64,000 nt of DNA from Candidatus Omnitrophota bacterium (GTDB lineage: Bacteria; Omnitrophota; Gorgyraeia; Zapsychrales; Zapsychraceae), in the NCBI GenBank assembly GCA_020429915.1, contig JAGQKV010000002.1, positions 192,061-256,060 of the forward strand, in the 5' to 3' direction. Positions 18,722-28,800 of the stretch are shown piece after piece. Position 1 is the stretch's first letter, and the number at the start of each line of letters is the position of its first letter. A program made the translations under genes and the position numbers. Below the pieces are notes generated by a model. It saw only the letters and a list, made by a program, of their open reading frames with translations. It was not told the origin of the DNA and did not search any database.

Positions 18722-19297
18722 TCAGCTGCGCAGCACCTTCTCGATGCGCTCGTCCGGCACGATCCACATCACGGCCACCAGCGCGTAGAGGCTGCCGGCG
18801 AGGACCGGACTGACGAAGGCCAGGCCGATGGCCGCGGCATAAATGACCATGGACATCTTTCCCTTGATATCGTTGCCCATCGCCTTGGCCAGCAGGGAAT
18901 CCTTGCCGTGCGAATACAGCAACACCTTCACCAGGATGTTGTAGCTTAACCCGGCCAGCAGCAGATTCACTCCGTAGAGGATGACCGGATTGCGGGCGAA
19001 GTGGTTCTCGCCCATCCAGCCCGTGACAAACGGAATCAGCGACAGCCAGAACAGCAGGACCACATTCGCCCACAGCACCCGTCCGTCGATCGATTTGACC
19101 GCCTTGAGCAGGTGATGATGATTGTTCCAGTAAATCGCCAGATAGGCGAAGCTCATCACATAACTCAGAAAGACGGGGATGATGGGCTTGAGCGCCGACC
19201 ACCCCTCGCCGTGCGGGATTTTCATCTCCAGGACCATGATCGTCATGATGATCGCGATCACCGCGTCGCTGAAGGCTTCCATGCGTGTTTTGTCCAT
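18722..19297 (-). CDS. TMEM175/DUF1211-family membrane protein (putative K+ channel)
   Basis: MEAFSDAVIAIIMTIMVLE... and FSDGV-like signature; six TM segments. Confidence 0.75.
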   Translation of the reverse strand: MDKTRMEAFSDAVIAIIMTIMVLEMKIPHGEGWSALKPIIPVFLSYVMSFAYLAIYWNNHHHLLKAVKSIDGRVLWANVVLLFWLSLIPFVTGWMGENHFARNPVILYGVNLLLAGLSYNILVKVLLYSHGKDSLLAKAMGNDIKGKMSMVIYAAAIGLAFVSPVLAGSLYALVAVMWIVPDERIEKVLRS

Positions 19298-19324
19298 AAC
19301 TGCGTATTCCTGATGTTGGGGGCG

Positions 19325-19505
19325 GTTAATTTAGCAATTTTAAAATGCGAATCTTAGAATGTTCGAATATTTAAAACAATATCGAATCTTCGAATCTGCG
19401 GGACAATATCGAATACTTCAATATTCGAATCTTTCAAACGCATCAGGTTTTAAACATTCGGTGATCGATAAATTTGAATTTGTCGCGTGTATTCGGGTAT
19501 TCGAA
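19325..19505. repeat. TTCGAA-module composite repeat, copy B (direct relative to copy A)
   Basis: See copy A. The pair brackets the TMEM175-like gene. Confidence 0.85.
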
Positions 19506-19533
19506 ATTTTATTCGCCGGTCCCCCGCTCATCA

Positions 19534-20445
19534 CTATATCTTCCCCCTGTTGTGCTTCTTGATCACCTTTTCAATTTTTTGCCAATGGGGACGTCCACCC
19601 ATAAGAACACTGACATAGTGAATGCCGGTACCGGCTATCGGACCGGGTTTGCGGGCCTTGCCGCCCATGATTTTCTCGGATTCGAAGATGACCCTGCCCG
19701 TCCCGGGGTCCACGGCATACACCTTGGCATATTGGCGCATCTCCGGAACGGACCCGTAATCAAGCCGGATCCGGCGGTTGGTTTGCTGAGCCCCGTAGCC
19801 GACAATATAGACGTAGGGAACCTCATACCGGACCGGTTCCGGGTGGGCCTTGTCCTGGGAGGCATACAGACTCCTGTATTGCTTTGAGGTCAACAATGTC
19901 CGCGGCCAGTCCCCCCGTGGAAAAAGTTCTTCAAAAGATAATGTCGGCTCCTGTTTCATTTTCTTGGACATGAGAATCACGTACGGTTGACCGGGTGTAA
20001 CGGCGCCGGGAGATTTGGGCAACGGCCCCTCCTCGAGGCGCCGGGAGATCTCCTCAATGCCGGTCAGGGTGGGTTTCAACGTCTCCTCCACCCGTTTTTC
20101 GACGCGTTTCTGATCGCGCAGTGTCTGGCAGAATCCGTACTTGTACGACACGAAGATCAGTCCGACGATAACGATGAAATTGAATGCCTGAAAGACTTTA
20201 TTCCGGTGTGGGGTGCCGCAGACCAGGATCACCAGGAAAAAACCGAGATATGCCGGCGCCACCAATTCGGCCAGATATAGAAAGACATGAAAGATATTCT
20301 GCCCCGGCCCGAACCAGAAGATCCCGGGCAGGAATTGATGCAGCGCCGGGAACAACAGCAGGACCGGGATGCCGTACAGACAAAAGGCCATCAGTTCCAG
20401 GTTGTCGGGCTGATCAGCCGGCGTGTTCGATTGTTCGGTTGTCAT
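19534..20445 (-). CDS. membrane protein (four N-terminal TM segments plus soluble C-terminal domain), last gene of the TPS-associated cluster
   Basis: 303 aa, no known motif. Only 27 bp separate it from the Hcp-like gene. Confidence 0.55.
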   Translation of the reverse strand: MTTEQSNTPADQPDNLELMAFCLYGIPVLLLFPALHQFLPGIFWFGPGQNIFHVFLYLAELVAPAYLGFFLVILVCGTPHRNKVFQAFNFIVIVGLIFVSYKYGFCQTLRDQKRVEKRVEETLKPTLTGIEEISRRLEEGPLPKSPGAVTPGQPYVILMSKKMKQEPTLSFEELFPRGDWPRTLLTSKQYRSLYASQDKAHPEPVRYEVPYVYIVGYGAQQTNRRIRLDYGSVPEMRQYAKVYAVDPGTGRVIFESEKIMGGKARKPGPIAGTGIHYVSVLMGGRPHWQKIEKVIKKHNRGKI

Positions 20446-20472
20446 AGGAAAATAATTTTCCGCCGGTCCGGT

Positions 20473-21039
20473 TTACGGCGTGACCGCACACAAGTTGTCT
20501 TCGTCGCAGGCGAAGGAAATCTCCCCGGACGCACCGCCGCGGAGTTCGGCAAAGGACCAGGTTATCTTGTCGAAATTGAGTGATAAAGTCTCGGTCGGAA
20601 TGCTGCCGTCATCCAGTCCGCTGCCGTTGACGGAATAGGACGTCACCTTGACCGAGTATAACCTGAGTTCGAGGTATGAGGGCTCATCACCAGTCCCGGT
20701 GTTCCAAACGATGACGACCTCCGGAAAAGATCTTCCCCCTGCGCAGGCCTGGACCAGCGGCACCGAGGTGCGGTCCACCTCTTTTTCGACCTCGATTTCC
20801 TCAAGGACCACGCCGGCCCGGGCCGCTGCGGGGTCGTCGGCGGCAAAGCCCCAGTTCAGCATGGTGAGATTGATCTCGCCGATTTCCGGGAATATCCCTG
20901 TCACCTTGGTTTTCCCTCCCTTGCCGACCGAACCTGAAATCTTCTTGGCGGCCTCGGCCCGGACCGGACCCAACATCAGAACGACAGACACAAATACGAA
21001 GACCAACAGCATGAGGCGACTTACCGGCATTCCTTTCAT
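20473..21039 (-). CDS. Hcp-family (T6SS tube protein-like) protein carrying an N-terminal Sec signal peptide
   Basis: 188 aa; signal peptide MKGMPVSRLMLLVFVFVSVVLMLGPVRAEA. The mature part carries Hcp-like blocks: SVPLVQACAGGRSFPEVVIVW compared with AVPLLYNALSSGEMLKSVELKW, and ETLSLNFDKITWSF compared with SLTVSLAYRKITWDH / ENVTLNFAQVQVDY. Confidence 0.55.
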   Translation of the reverse strand: MKGMPVSRLMLLVFVFVSVVLMLGPVRAEAAKKISGSVGKGGKTKVTGIFPEIGEINLTMLNWGFAADDPAAARAGVVLEEIEVEKEVDRTSVPLVQACAGGRSFPEVVIVWNTGTGDEPSYLELRLYSVKVTSYSVNGSGLDDGSIPTETLSLNFDKITWSFAELRGGASGEISFACDEDNLCAVTP

Positions 21040-21112
21040 GAGGCTTCTCCTTGTAATGAGGTGAACTGGGTATCGAACACAGAATCCGGTTACCTATCCG
21101 AAATCAATACGC

Positions 21113-21718
21113 TTATAAAGTGTCGGAATACTTTCTGAGCTGATACTCCACGTATCCCGAGAGGATTTCCTGATGCTTTTCCGGCTGGGAAAAACCGAAA
21201 TAAGAATGCTGAATGGCATGCGATATCTCATGGCCGAGGATATAAAAATTGACGGTCCCGGCATTGATAAAGACCGCATTGTCCGCGCTGAGGTAAAACC
21301 CTTCGGGCTGCTCCTGCAGGCCCATTTCCCTGCGCAGGAGTTCGAGCATCTCCTGATCCGCCAGGTAGACCTTGATGCTGGATTGGAAGTTCCAAAGATG
21401 CAAATCCAGCAGGTGCGAGACGACCAGGAACAATTTGTCGACTTCTTCCGCGAGCGACTCGGGGTTTTCAATCACCGGACGGATAATAAGTGTGTCCAGC
21501 GCGACGGGTAAGGTGAGTTGCTTGCGCAGCGCCTCGAGCTCCACCCCCTCCTGGAGATATATTTCAAAGAATTCCGATTTGACGGAAGGACTGTCGCTGA
21601 AGACGCCGGCCAGCGGCGTGGGGAGCGCATTCATCTCGGCCCGGCAGGTCGCCGCCGAAAGAACGAACACAATCACGGCGAATAGCAATCGTGTGATGAA
21701 ATCAGGTTTTAAACTCAT
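21113..21718 (-). CDS. secreted HExxH protein (putative MA-clan zinc metallopeptidase)
   Basis: 201 aa, signal peptide; ...FINAGTVNFYILGHEISHAIQHSYF. Confidence 0.55.
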   Translation of the reverse strand: MSLKPDFITRLLFAVIVFVLSAATCRAEMNALPTPLAGVFSDSPSVKSEFFEIYLQEGVELEALRKQLTLPVALDTLIIRPVIENPESLAEEVDKLFLVVSHLLDLHLWNFQSSIKVYLADQEMLELLRREMGLQEQPEGFYLSADNAVFINAGTVNFYILGHEISHAIQHSYFGFSQPEKHQEILSGYVEYQLRKYSDTL

Positions 21719-22253
21719 CCAGATTTTCTTTGATTTTCCGAGCCCGCTTTAGTTGCTCTCCGGTGAGTTCCCCGGCCTGTTTTTCAAACTGTGCCCATTC
21801 CTTTTGCAGGGTTTGTATGCGTTTGCGCAGGGATTCGCGCATTTCGTCGATGGAAGAGCCCAAATGCTGCAGCTGGTCGTCGGAACGGATCTTGACCCGC
21901 TGACTGAGATCGCCGTTCGCCATCTTCTCCACTTCCCGGTTGATGTTGAACAGCGGTCCGGAGATCTTGTGCGAAAACATCACCGTCAGGATGAGCACCG
22001 CCACAGCCGTCAGGGATGTCGTAACGATCAGGGTCTGGATGATGATGGGCGCGATAAAATCGGAGGTTGTCTTTACCGTGATGCGCAAATCCTCGAACGC
22101 GACGGTCGTGGTGCTCCTGTTCAGGTACAAAATCGTGGTCACCGCCACGATGCTCATCAGGATGATCATCACGCAGAACACCGTAATAAACCGTTTTTGA
22201 AAGGTCTTGTCGATATAGTACTGTTTTCTCAGGTTTTGCGCGCGTGAGTTCAT
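21702..22253 (-). CDS. small membrane protein with HAMP domain and C-terminal coiled coil
   Basis: Two TM segments, then HKISGPLFNINREVEKMANGDLSQRV (HAMP); no output domain. Confidence 0.6.
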   Translation of the reverse strand: MNSRAQNLRKQYYIDKTFQKRFITVFCVMIILMSIVAVTTILYLNRSTTTVAFEDLRITVKTTSDFIAPIIIQTLIVTTSLTAVAVLILTVMFSHKISGPLFNINREVEKMANGDLSQRVKIRSDDQLQHLGSSIDEMRESLRKRIQTLQKEWAQFEKQAGELTGEQLKRARKIKENLDEFKT

Positions 22254-22259
22254 AGGGCA

Positions 22260-22733
22260 CTAATCCTTCAAGACCTTGCCATTGATCTTGACGCGGGCAT
22301 TATCCCGCAACTCCTCAAGCCACCGGTCGATGTCGGGCCGGAGATCATTCGGCGCATGGCCGGCGGGGCGGCTTTGGAGTTCCTTCAGCTTCTTTTCCAT
22401 CATGACCCGCATCAGCGACTGCTCCCAAAATCGCTGGACGGTAGCCAGGAATTCCGGGTCCCGGTCGAGTCCGATGCGCTGCGCCTCCTGCAAGACCAGT
22501 TTCTGTCGGATCAAATTATCGATAAAGGCCTGCTCGACCTCCGCCGACGGCATATCCAGGCCCTGCTCCTTCAGCAGCCGCTGGTATTCCGCGTAGGGAA
22601 TCCGGTGATCATTGATCGTGATGACGGTTTCGGCCGGCGGGATATCCCGCGGTGAGCAGACCAGGTATACACCGGCCATGACCAGGAAGACGGCCGCGGC
22701 CACTGCGATGATGTTGCGGGGGTTTACATTCAT
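22260..22733 (-). CDS. membrane-anchored SurA N-terminal-domain-like chaperone protein
   Basis: N-terminal TM IIAVAAAVFLVMAGVYLV, then ...INDHRIPYAEYQRLLKEQ...FIDNLIRQKLVLQEAQRIGL, resembling the SurA/PpiD N-terminal chaperone module. Confidence 0.55.
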   Translation of the reverse strand: MNVNPRNIIAVAAAVFLVMAGVYLVCSPRDIPPAETVITINDHRIPYAEYQRLLKEQGLDMPSAEVEQAFIDNLIRQKLVLQEAQRIGLDRDPEFLATVQRFWEQSLMRVMMEKKLKELQSRPAGHAPNDLRPDIDRWLEELRDNARVKINGKVLKD

Positions 22734-22803
22734 TGCCTAATTATAGGAAATTGCCCGTAAAAGCGAAAGTAAAACCCCGAAAAAGTGGAGCCCGATCCGT
22801 TGG

Positions 22804-25800
22804 TTACTCGGATTCGCGCAGTTTCTCGATGAATTCATACATCTCGGGAGAAAGGTCGAATCCGTCAACGCCCTCTTCTTCCAGCTGATGATAAAAGTAC
22901 ACCGGAGAGGCCATCATTCCGGGGGTGATATTGGCGGCCATGCCCGGGTTATCGACCAAAGTCAGTCCCAGGATCCGAGTGGTGTCCGAGAATCCGACGC
23001 CCGGACGCAGGCTTCCGGAGACCGGCCGCACTCCCAGTGCTTCGAGGTTTTGGTTCAGCGTAAAGGCCACGTAAGCGGTAAATTCCAGGTCCTGGTTACC
23101 GACCGTCACATTGTTGTCCCCGGGAATAATGATACTGACGTCGCCGGGGCTGTAAAGAACGTCCGCGATCACGTTTCCATCCGGAACGGTCAGGGCGATC
23201 AAACCGCGGTCGATGATCTCAATTTGCTGCGACACCAGATCGCCGAAACGCTCCTCCGCGGTGATGCCGGTTTTGGCGAACATATTCAGAAACATCCGCG
23301 AGTCGACCACCAGCCGGTTGTCCTTCTCGCCGATGGCGCCCTGCTCCGCGACCAGGGAGACTTTTCTCCCGAAGATATTGATGTTCTTGTTGCTCAAGTC
23401 CGAATCCAGGATGGAACCGTTGACGGCCTTCAGTCCCACGTCCCCCTTTTCCGAGCGCACGGTGGCGCCGTCGATAACCATGTCGCCGTCCGTCTCGGTC
23501 AGATAGATGTCGCCGCTGGCGTGAGCGTTCAGGAGCCCGGGTTGGGACCACGACATATCAATGTCCAGCGGGTCGTCTTCTTCGCCGATAGCCCCGGCGT
23601 CCGAAAGCAGGGTGATATTGTTGGCGGTGATGTTGGCGTCTTCGGAGTCGCTGCCGTCACTCATCGAACCGCCGGCGCGCAGGTCGACGTCACCTTGAGT
23701 CGAAAAGACCGAGTTGAGCGCAACGTCGCCGTCGATTTCATGCAGCCAGATGTCCTTTGGTGCCGTTGCCGTCAGCCGGTTGGCGCCGGTTTCCAGCCGG
23801 TTGCCGGCCTCTCCGATTTGCCCCAGGATGGAGGTGAGCTGGATGTGATCGCCCTGAATATCCAGCGTGGCATTTTGACCGAAGTCCGCGATGTTCCCTA
23901 CCGCGGTCAGCTGAATATCTCCGGATGTTATCAGCCCGTCCAGGTTAAGTTCATCCTCCGTGGTATGAACGAGATAGAGATCGCCCGTGGAGACGCCCTT
24001 GAGGAACCCTGCCGGGTCCAGGGCGAATTCCACCGGATTCGTTTCGCTTCCGACCGCATTCGCATTGAGAAAAAGACTGGTGGCACGGATATTGTCGATC
24101 GGATTGCCGTTGGCGTCCGTGATCGCGCCGGCGGCCGAGAGATTGACGGTGTTCGGCGCAAACACGGTGTCCAGATTCAGATTGCCGGCGAGTTCCTTCA
24201 CAAAGATGTTATCGCCCGCGCGCGCGGTGAACCGGGCGTTGTCGAACAGGTCGGTGGTCACCGGCCGGCTCACCAGGCCGATACTGTCTTCGGCGGCTTC
24301 AATGATCAGGTCGTTGCCGGTGATGGTGGGCGCGGAATCCAGCGACACGTCATATACGCCCAGGGCGCCTTTGATGCGGACATTGTCACCGGCCACGATT
24401 TCATCGAGATTCAGGTCCGTTTCGCCGCCGAGGAAGACCTTGTCCCCGGCATGAATGATCACGGAATCCGCCTGCACGTCCACGTCGCTGCGGTTCTGAA
24501 TGATGATGCGGTCGTCCAGTACGGTGAAATCGTCTTTCTCCGCGGCGGTCATGATGATCTGCTGTTCGCGCGTAAGTTCTTCGCCGTCGTTGAGGAGAAT
24601 GACCTCTTCTCCGTTATCCTGTCCGAGCCCGCCGCTGATGTTCAGGACGATATTCTTGCCGATGATATTCGCTTCCTCGATAAGGGTCTCGGTATCCGAC
24701 ACTTCCTTAAACACGTCGCCCACGATGGAATAGCGCAGTTCATCCTCGGTCCACACGGCGCCGTCCTGGATGGTATCGATGTCGGCCTGTGTGATCGTGT
24801 ATTCATATTGCGGATCAAAGGCCGTGTTGCCGTATTCGGCGGCGAGGGCCTGGTAGTTGTCGGTCAGTTCGGACTCATAGGCATTGATCTGCTGTTCGTC
24901 CCAACCCTGGTTGTCCGCGAAGGCGGCGCGTTCTTCGGCGGTGAGCGTCACCACAAAGTCCGGATCGTGGGCTGTGGGGTCTGTCTGCCGGCTGCGGACG
25001 GACCAGTAATCCTGATACTCCTGTTCCTTGCGGTCTTTAAACGCCTGCACCTCGATATCCGCCGCCTCGATGGCGCCGTCTTCCAGGCGCAGGTCCATGT
25101 CCTCCCAGAAGGCGACCAATTCCGCTTCCGTGCGGGTATCCCGTTGATCGTTGAAGTTGTAATCCACCAGACTGCCGTTATCGACACCAATTTCCACGTC
25201 GCCCGTCAGTGACCGGACCTGGACCACCTGCAGGTCGTCCTGGATTTCCTCCAGGTAAATGCTTCCCGGGGCTATCGCGTACAATCCGGAGGCCTCGGTG
25301 GTCCCGGTGTCCAGGCGGATCGGCCGGCCGGACTCGCCGATGGACCCGTCGAACGCGTCGAGATTGACGAAATTCCCGGCGATCAGCGAAGACGGCCCGG
25401 CCGCGAGGATGCCTTTATCCGACATCACCGACACATTCCCGTTGCCGGTCGTGATCTGATCGAAGACCACGTCGCCGAAGATCTCCTCGATACGGATATC
25501 TCCGGCCGCGGATTGCGCGTTTAACACGAACTCTTCATCCACCCTGACGGTGGAGAGATTGCCGATGCCGGAGCCTGCCGAGAGGCTGACGTTGTTGCCC
25601 TTGATCTCGACATTGGTGTTCAGCTGATTGATGGCCCCCTGCAGGGAGGTCAGATTCGTGTCGCCGGTTTTATTGTTGAATTTGCCGTTGATCAACAGGC
25701 CGCCGTTGGACAGGACGTCGATGGCCGAGGAATCATAACCGGTAAACTCGATGCCGATCGGGTGGTCGGCCTTGATGCTGTGGACGTGAAAGTCCTTGGT

Positions 25801-28800
25801 CCCCTTTTCGTAAGTAAGTTCGCGATAGTAATCCAGAACACCGAAAACGAAGGCCCGCCAGGTGACCCGGGAATACTGGCGGCTATTTGTCAGCTTATAG
25901 TCCGACAGAGACCGGTTTTCAAAGTCATAAATATATCCACTGGCATTGGCTTGGTCAAAGGCCAGGTAATCGCCCTCCAGGAGCGGGACATTGTCCAGGG
26001 GAATAGTTGTTTCGGTATCATACTGGGTATCACCGAATAGAATCGGCGTATTCCAAAAACCGAATCCCTTGTAGACCCGTCTTTTCCTGACGATGAAGTT
26101 CTGCCCTGTCGTCCATACGTAGCGCTGATCTTCCAGGGGTGCATACTCCGCCAGCCTGCCGGAGATGGTATTGGCCAAATTGTTGGGATTACCGTCTCCA
26201 TCACGGGTCATGCTGTCGACAACCTGGACATTGTCTCCGATGTGCGTATAGATGGTTTCCAGCGGCAGTCCGTCCGCGGTCCGCCTTCCTAAATCAGTAA
26301 TTCGCAGAATCCCCTCAATACCTTTTCCGGTGTCGAGCCGGTTTAAGACCATATCATGGGCGCTGTTGTTGACGATGTTGATGCGCCCGAACCCGTCGAT
26401 GACCTTCAACTGCCCGGCGCTGCCGCCCGTATTCAGAATATGGCCGAAGATCTCCATCCGGCCGCCTTCCACCCGGACACCTTCCAGTTCGATGCGGTCC
26501 ATCTCGACATTGTAGAAGGCTTCAATGTTTCCGGATGAGGCGACACGGTAAAAAGGCGATGCCTCGGGGTCCAGATCGATAAACCGGCGCTGGATGAAAT
26601 CCGCGCGCGCCCAGTCGATGGTCTGCAGATTGCCGAGCTCGTCCAGCAGCTGCAGGTTCGCCGGGACCACCAGGGCCTGATCAGGAACCCCCGACTGGAT
26701 GAGACCGTTGATATTGAGATAGCGGGCGCTTAAGAAGACATTGTTGCCGGCTATGATAGCGCTCTGGCCATTGGCGCTGCGTACGCCGTTTACAGCGCGG
26801 TCTGTTCTTGATGCTTCGGAGGCCTCGGCGACGTCTTCCCAATGGGATTTGGGATCGCCTCCCGCGTGGAAGAAGCCATCGATAAAACTCAGGACAAAGT
26901 CCCGGCCGGATTCAATGTCTATGGTATTGGCATTGATGTTGGCCTTAACGTGGATACTGCCGGCACTGTTCTTGATGGCCACGGTGCCGTCTAAGTTGGT
27001 GATGTTCCCGACCACCTCGATGGTAGGGGCCGGAAACGGATTATTGACATTTTGCGGGGCGTCCGGGTTATACGTCGCCTCGACATGGATCAGCGGTTCG
27101 GCGGAGTTGTCGGCAGTCACCACCGAAGAAAAAGCGGCCGCGGCACCGTTGTTGATCACCGATATATCCTGATTGTCGGACACGGGCCGGTTATTGAACA
27201 AAAAGGTCCCGCCGTTATCGTCATCGGGTATCGTCAGCCGGTTGGTCCGCAGGTACTTGGGGCTGTGGTTGACAATCCTGATCTCGGTGTCTCCCGGCGC
27301 CTCCAGGATCCCGGTCCCGACCAGCCGGTCTGCCAGGACATACATGTCCCCGCTCTGCGCGTAGGCGTCGTCGACATTGATAAACTCGACATCAGAAACG
27401 TACTGGGCCTCCCCTTCCGAAAGTTGATTTAATTCTGCCAGACTCTGTTTGAGGCGTACGATTTCGTTTTCATATGCCAGGCGGGTGTCATCGAGTTCCG
27501 AATACTCATTCTTGAGCTCTTCATAGCGTTCGATTTCATTGAGGATATTCTCGGCCAGGTTTTCGACGGTCTCAAAGAAAGTCACGCCTTCATCCTGCCG
27601 CAGGACATCCCCGTTCGCCCCGATAATGAGATACTGTTTGTTCTTGAATCCCGCCTTGACCTTCCCGAGGACCGTGACAACGGCTGAACCGGAGGTCGTG
27701 TTATTGCGTTTGGTGGTCTTGGTGGAGCCGCTGCCGCCGAATAATTTGGAGAAGAAGCCGACGATCTCTTTCCACAGATCGGTCGCCGTGCCGTAACCGT
27801 CGGAGTTTAACGAGCCGTTGTTCGCATACATATATACGTCGTTCAGGGCGCCGACGTCCGCGGTGGTATCCACGAAGATGTCGTTGGTGGTGACAGTACG
27901 CGCCTCGGCATCCGGACTGCCGTTGATGGGGATCGCGGTTTTATTGTTGATATCGACCCGGGCCCTGGTACTGATGGAGTTCTGCCGGCCGTACTCATCG
28001 CGACCGGCATACAAATGAATGTCCTTGTCCGAACGGATGACGACCCCGGGACGGACGATGGTATCGTTGTACACATTGGTCCGGGCAAGGGCCTCGCCCG
28101 ATGCCCCTCCGGCCACCCCGTAGGTCTTGGTCTTCGCGTCGGCGTCCAAATTGACATTGCCTCGGGTGGCCAGGATGATATTGCCCTGGCTGATTAAATT
28201 GGCGTTCGTGCCGACCTCCACGCGGTTTTCATGAATGTCGTTCTTCAATTCCGATTCGGACTTGGCCACGGCAATCCCGCCGCCGGCGCTGAGTTTGACC
28301 CGGTCGGTGGCAGAAACGTCGCTGGTCGCGGATAAAACAAGATCACCGGATTCCACCGTGTCCCGAACGTCATTGACGACGTTTTCGGCCTCCGGCACGC
28401 CGACGTGGATCATTGTGTTCTGGCCGATCAACGCCTGGGTCCGGTTCGTGATGGATGAAGTGCTTTTAGCTGCCGGCAGGTCGAACACGCCACCGGAACC
28501 GGACGCCACATTCTGACCCACACCATTTTTGTCAAGATCCGTATTGGCCTTGGCCTTCAGTTCTTTGGCAAAAATGACATTGTTCGGACGGATATCGGCC
28601 GTGACGCTGGTGTTGACCGTGTTCGTGGCGCGGGCCCCGCTGGCACCGAGCACCGAGGCATTAATGCTGTCTGAGCGGGCGTTAAAAGTTCCGAAATAAT
28701 CCGATAACAGGCTGAAGGTATCCGCTGTGATCACGTTCCCTGTCCCGTTTCCGACATAACTATTTACGTTGGTGGTCAGGGAACTCGTCGCATTGGCCGC

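Noticed and set aside
22804-23400. TpsA C-terminus as a CdiA-CT toxin with downstream immunity
   Set aside because: No VENN/pretoxin motif or recognisable nuclease or deaminase signature, and the downstream gene is a membrane-anchored SurA-like protein. Kept only as a low-confidence finding.
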